Origin: Camelus ferus
Lineage: Eukaryota
Reading direction: 5' to 3'
Length of the DNA stretch: 64,000 bases
Assembly (NCBI RefSeq): GCF_009834535.1
Contig: NC_045697.1
Coordinates: forward strand, 73,534,001-73,598,000
Under the pieces are notes generated by a model, which did not search any database, was not told the origin of the DNA, and saw only the letters and a list, made by a program, of their open reading frames with translations. This document shows positions 62,930 through 64,000 of the stretch, piece by piece. Both the position numbers and the translations under genes were made by a program. Numbering within the stretch: the first letter of the stretch is position 1; every line of letters begins with the position of its first letter.

Positions 62930-64000
62930 TTAGTGCATACATGTGCCGTGAAGTTATGGAGTACTTCCTCCTATGCACCCAGTCCTTTTTCAGTCAGAGT
63001 GTCCCTGATCTGAAAACTGGCTCAGGCTCAGAAACTGAGCAAGGGGTAATAACTTTGTATTGGGCTGGCCGTCCTCAGCCACTCCATTCTTGCACTCTTT
63101 TGATTATAGATTTTAAATAGCACACTTGTTGGTTGCCCAAATGTTTTGCCCCAAGGGACACCATGCTCTACTGACCATCTCTATAAGCTCCCAAGGGACA
63201 AGTCCCCCTTGGCTGCCCCTTTGATCTTGCTAGTAATTAAGGTAACTGCAGCCACCTTGTTTCTGATGATTAAGTGCCACCTCCTGGCCTCCATTACTTC
63301 AGGATCCCAACATCCTTGTGTATATTAACAAGCTCGGGTCTCTGACTACCTCCCCTATCTTCAAGCCCTGTCCTGCAAAGGAACACCACCACAGAACGTA
63401 CTGGTGCTCTCTCATCAGCCACTCCTAATGGCATTAATGAGTGGTACGTCCTCTGAGCCCTCCTAGGGATCTAACCCTCTGAGGGGTCTTTGGGTTTCAC
63501 ATGCTAATCCAGCACATTTACTTCCCCAGCATCTTTATTTCTTCCTTTCCATCTGCCAGGACCATTCAGACATTTCCACTTCACTCAGTGTTGACTTCTT
63601 TCCTCTTCTTAAGAGCAACCTTACGAGAGCTTGCCCCATCCCTTAGTGTCTTTGCCAGGATAATAAACCCTGTGTATTGAGAAAGCGTTCCCAATGAATT
63701 GTTTTTCTATTTATTCACTCTTTCATTCCAGCCTTCTTGATCAAGTGCCTATCAGCATGGCAGGCAAGAGAGAAGCTTGGGGTAGCCTCTTACGGGGGTG
63801 CCTGCTGACTGTGGGGGACAGTCCTCTGCAGCATTGCCCATCTCAGGAGAAGTACTAGCTCCAGACAAAGAGTGGGCTACCTCCAAGTTCTGAAGATCTG
63901 AGGGAGGGGATGAGTACACAGTCAATATGCTTGCGGGGGTTGCCAACTACATGCCCCCATTTCATGTTTCAGGGTTGGTCTCAGACTTCCCTAGTCAGGG
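62930..64000 (-). mobile_element. ERVL-class internal remnant (gag-like), running to the window edge
   Basis: The minus strand of 63097-63177 translates to WSVEHGVPWGKTFGQPTSVLFKIYNQK, resembling ERVL Gag W..HGVP..ID..PT..L..LY.QK. An EGPED-like segment lies near 63450. Confidence 0.7.

Noticed and set aside
1..64000. Inferring a host gene's orientation from repeat strand bias
   Set aside because: L1s are mostly on the minus strand but most LTRs beyond 31 kb are on the plus strand; the signals conflict and the counts are small.

Overview
AT-rich mammalian non-coding DNA. It is most likely from a camelid: there are three tRNA-Ala-derived SINEs of the vic-1 type plus cetartiodactyl-style L1 3' ends, and I saw no Alu, Bov-tA or PRE-1. 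I found no host protein-coding gene; the listed ORFs are either chance ORFs or remnants of L1 ORF2, L2, CR1 and ERVL gag/pol. Much of the window is a stack of transposon fossils (MIR, L2, CR1/L3, L1, MaLR/ERVL/ERV1 LTRs, hAT and Tigger elements), and several have readable target-site duplications (TSDs). Between them lie repeat-free blocks that look regulatory. The most notable items are (1) a TSD-flanked tailless retrocopy of the 5' half of tRNA-Gly(TCC) at 51.6 kb, (2) a CpG-retaining, GATA-rich block at 12.9-13.4 kb with a TATA box and an ATG|gtgagt donor that resembles a promoter plus first exon, (3) a decayed two-LTR ERVL provirus, and (4) a DR5/ERRE motif created by a micro-duplication. 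Repeat subfamily names come from my recall of consensus sequences, not from a database search, and boundaries without TSDs are approximate. I cannot support a claim of a new biological system here.
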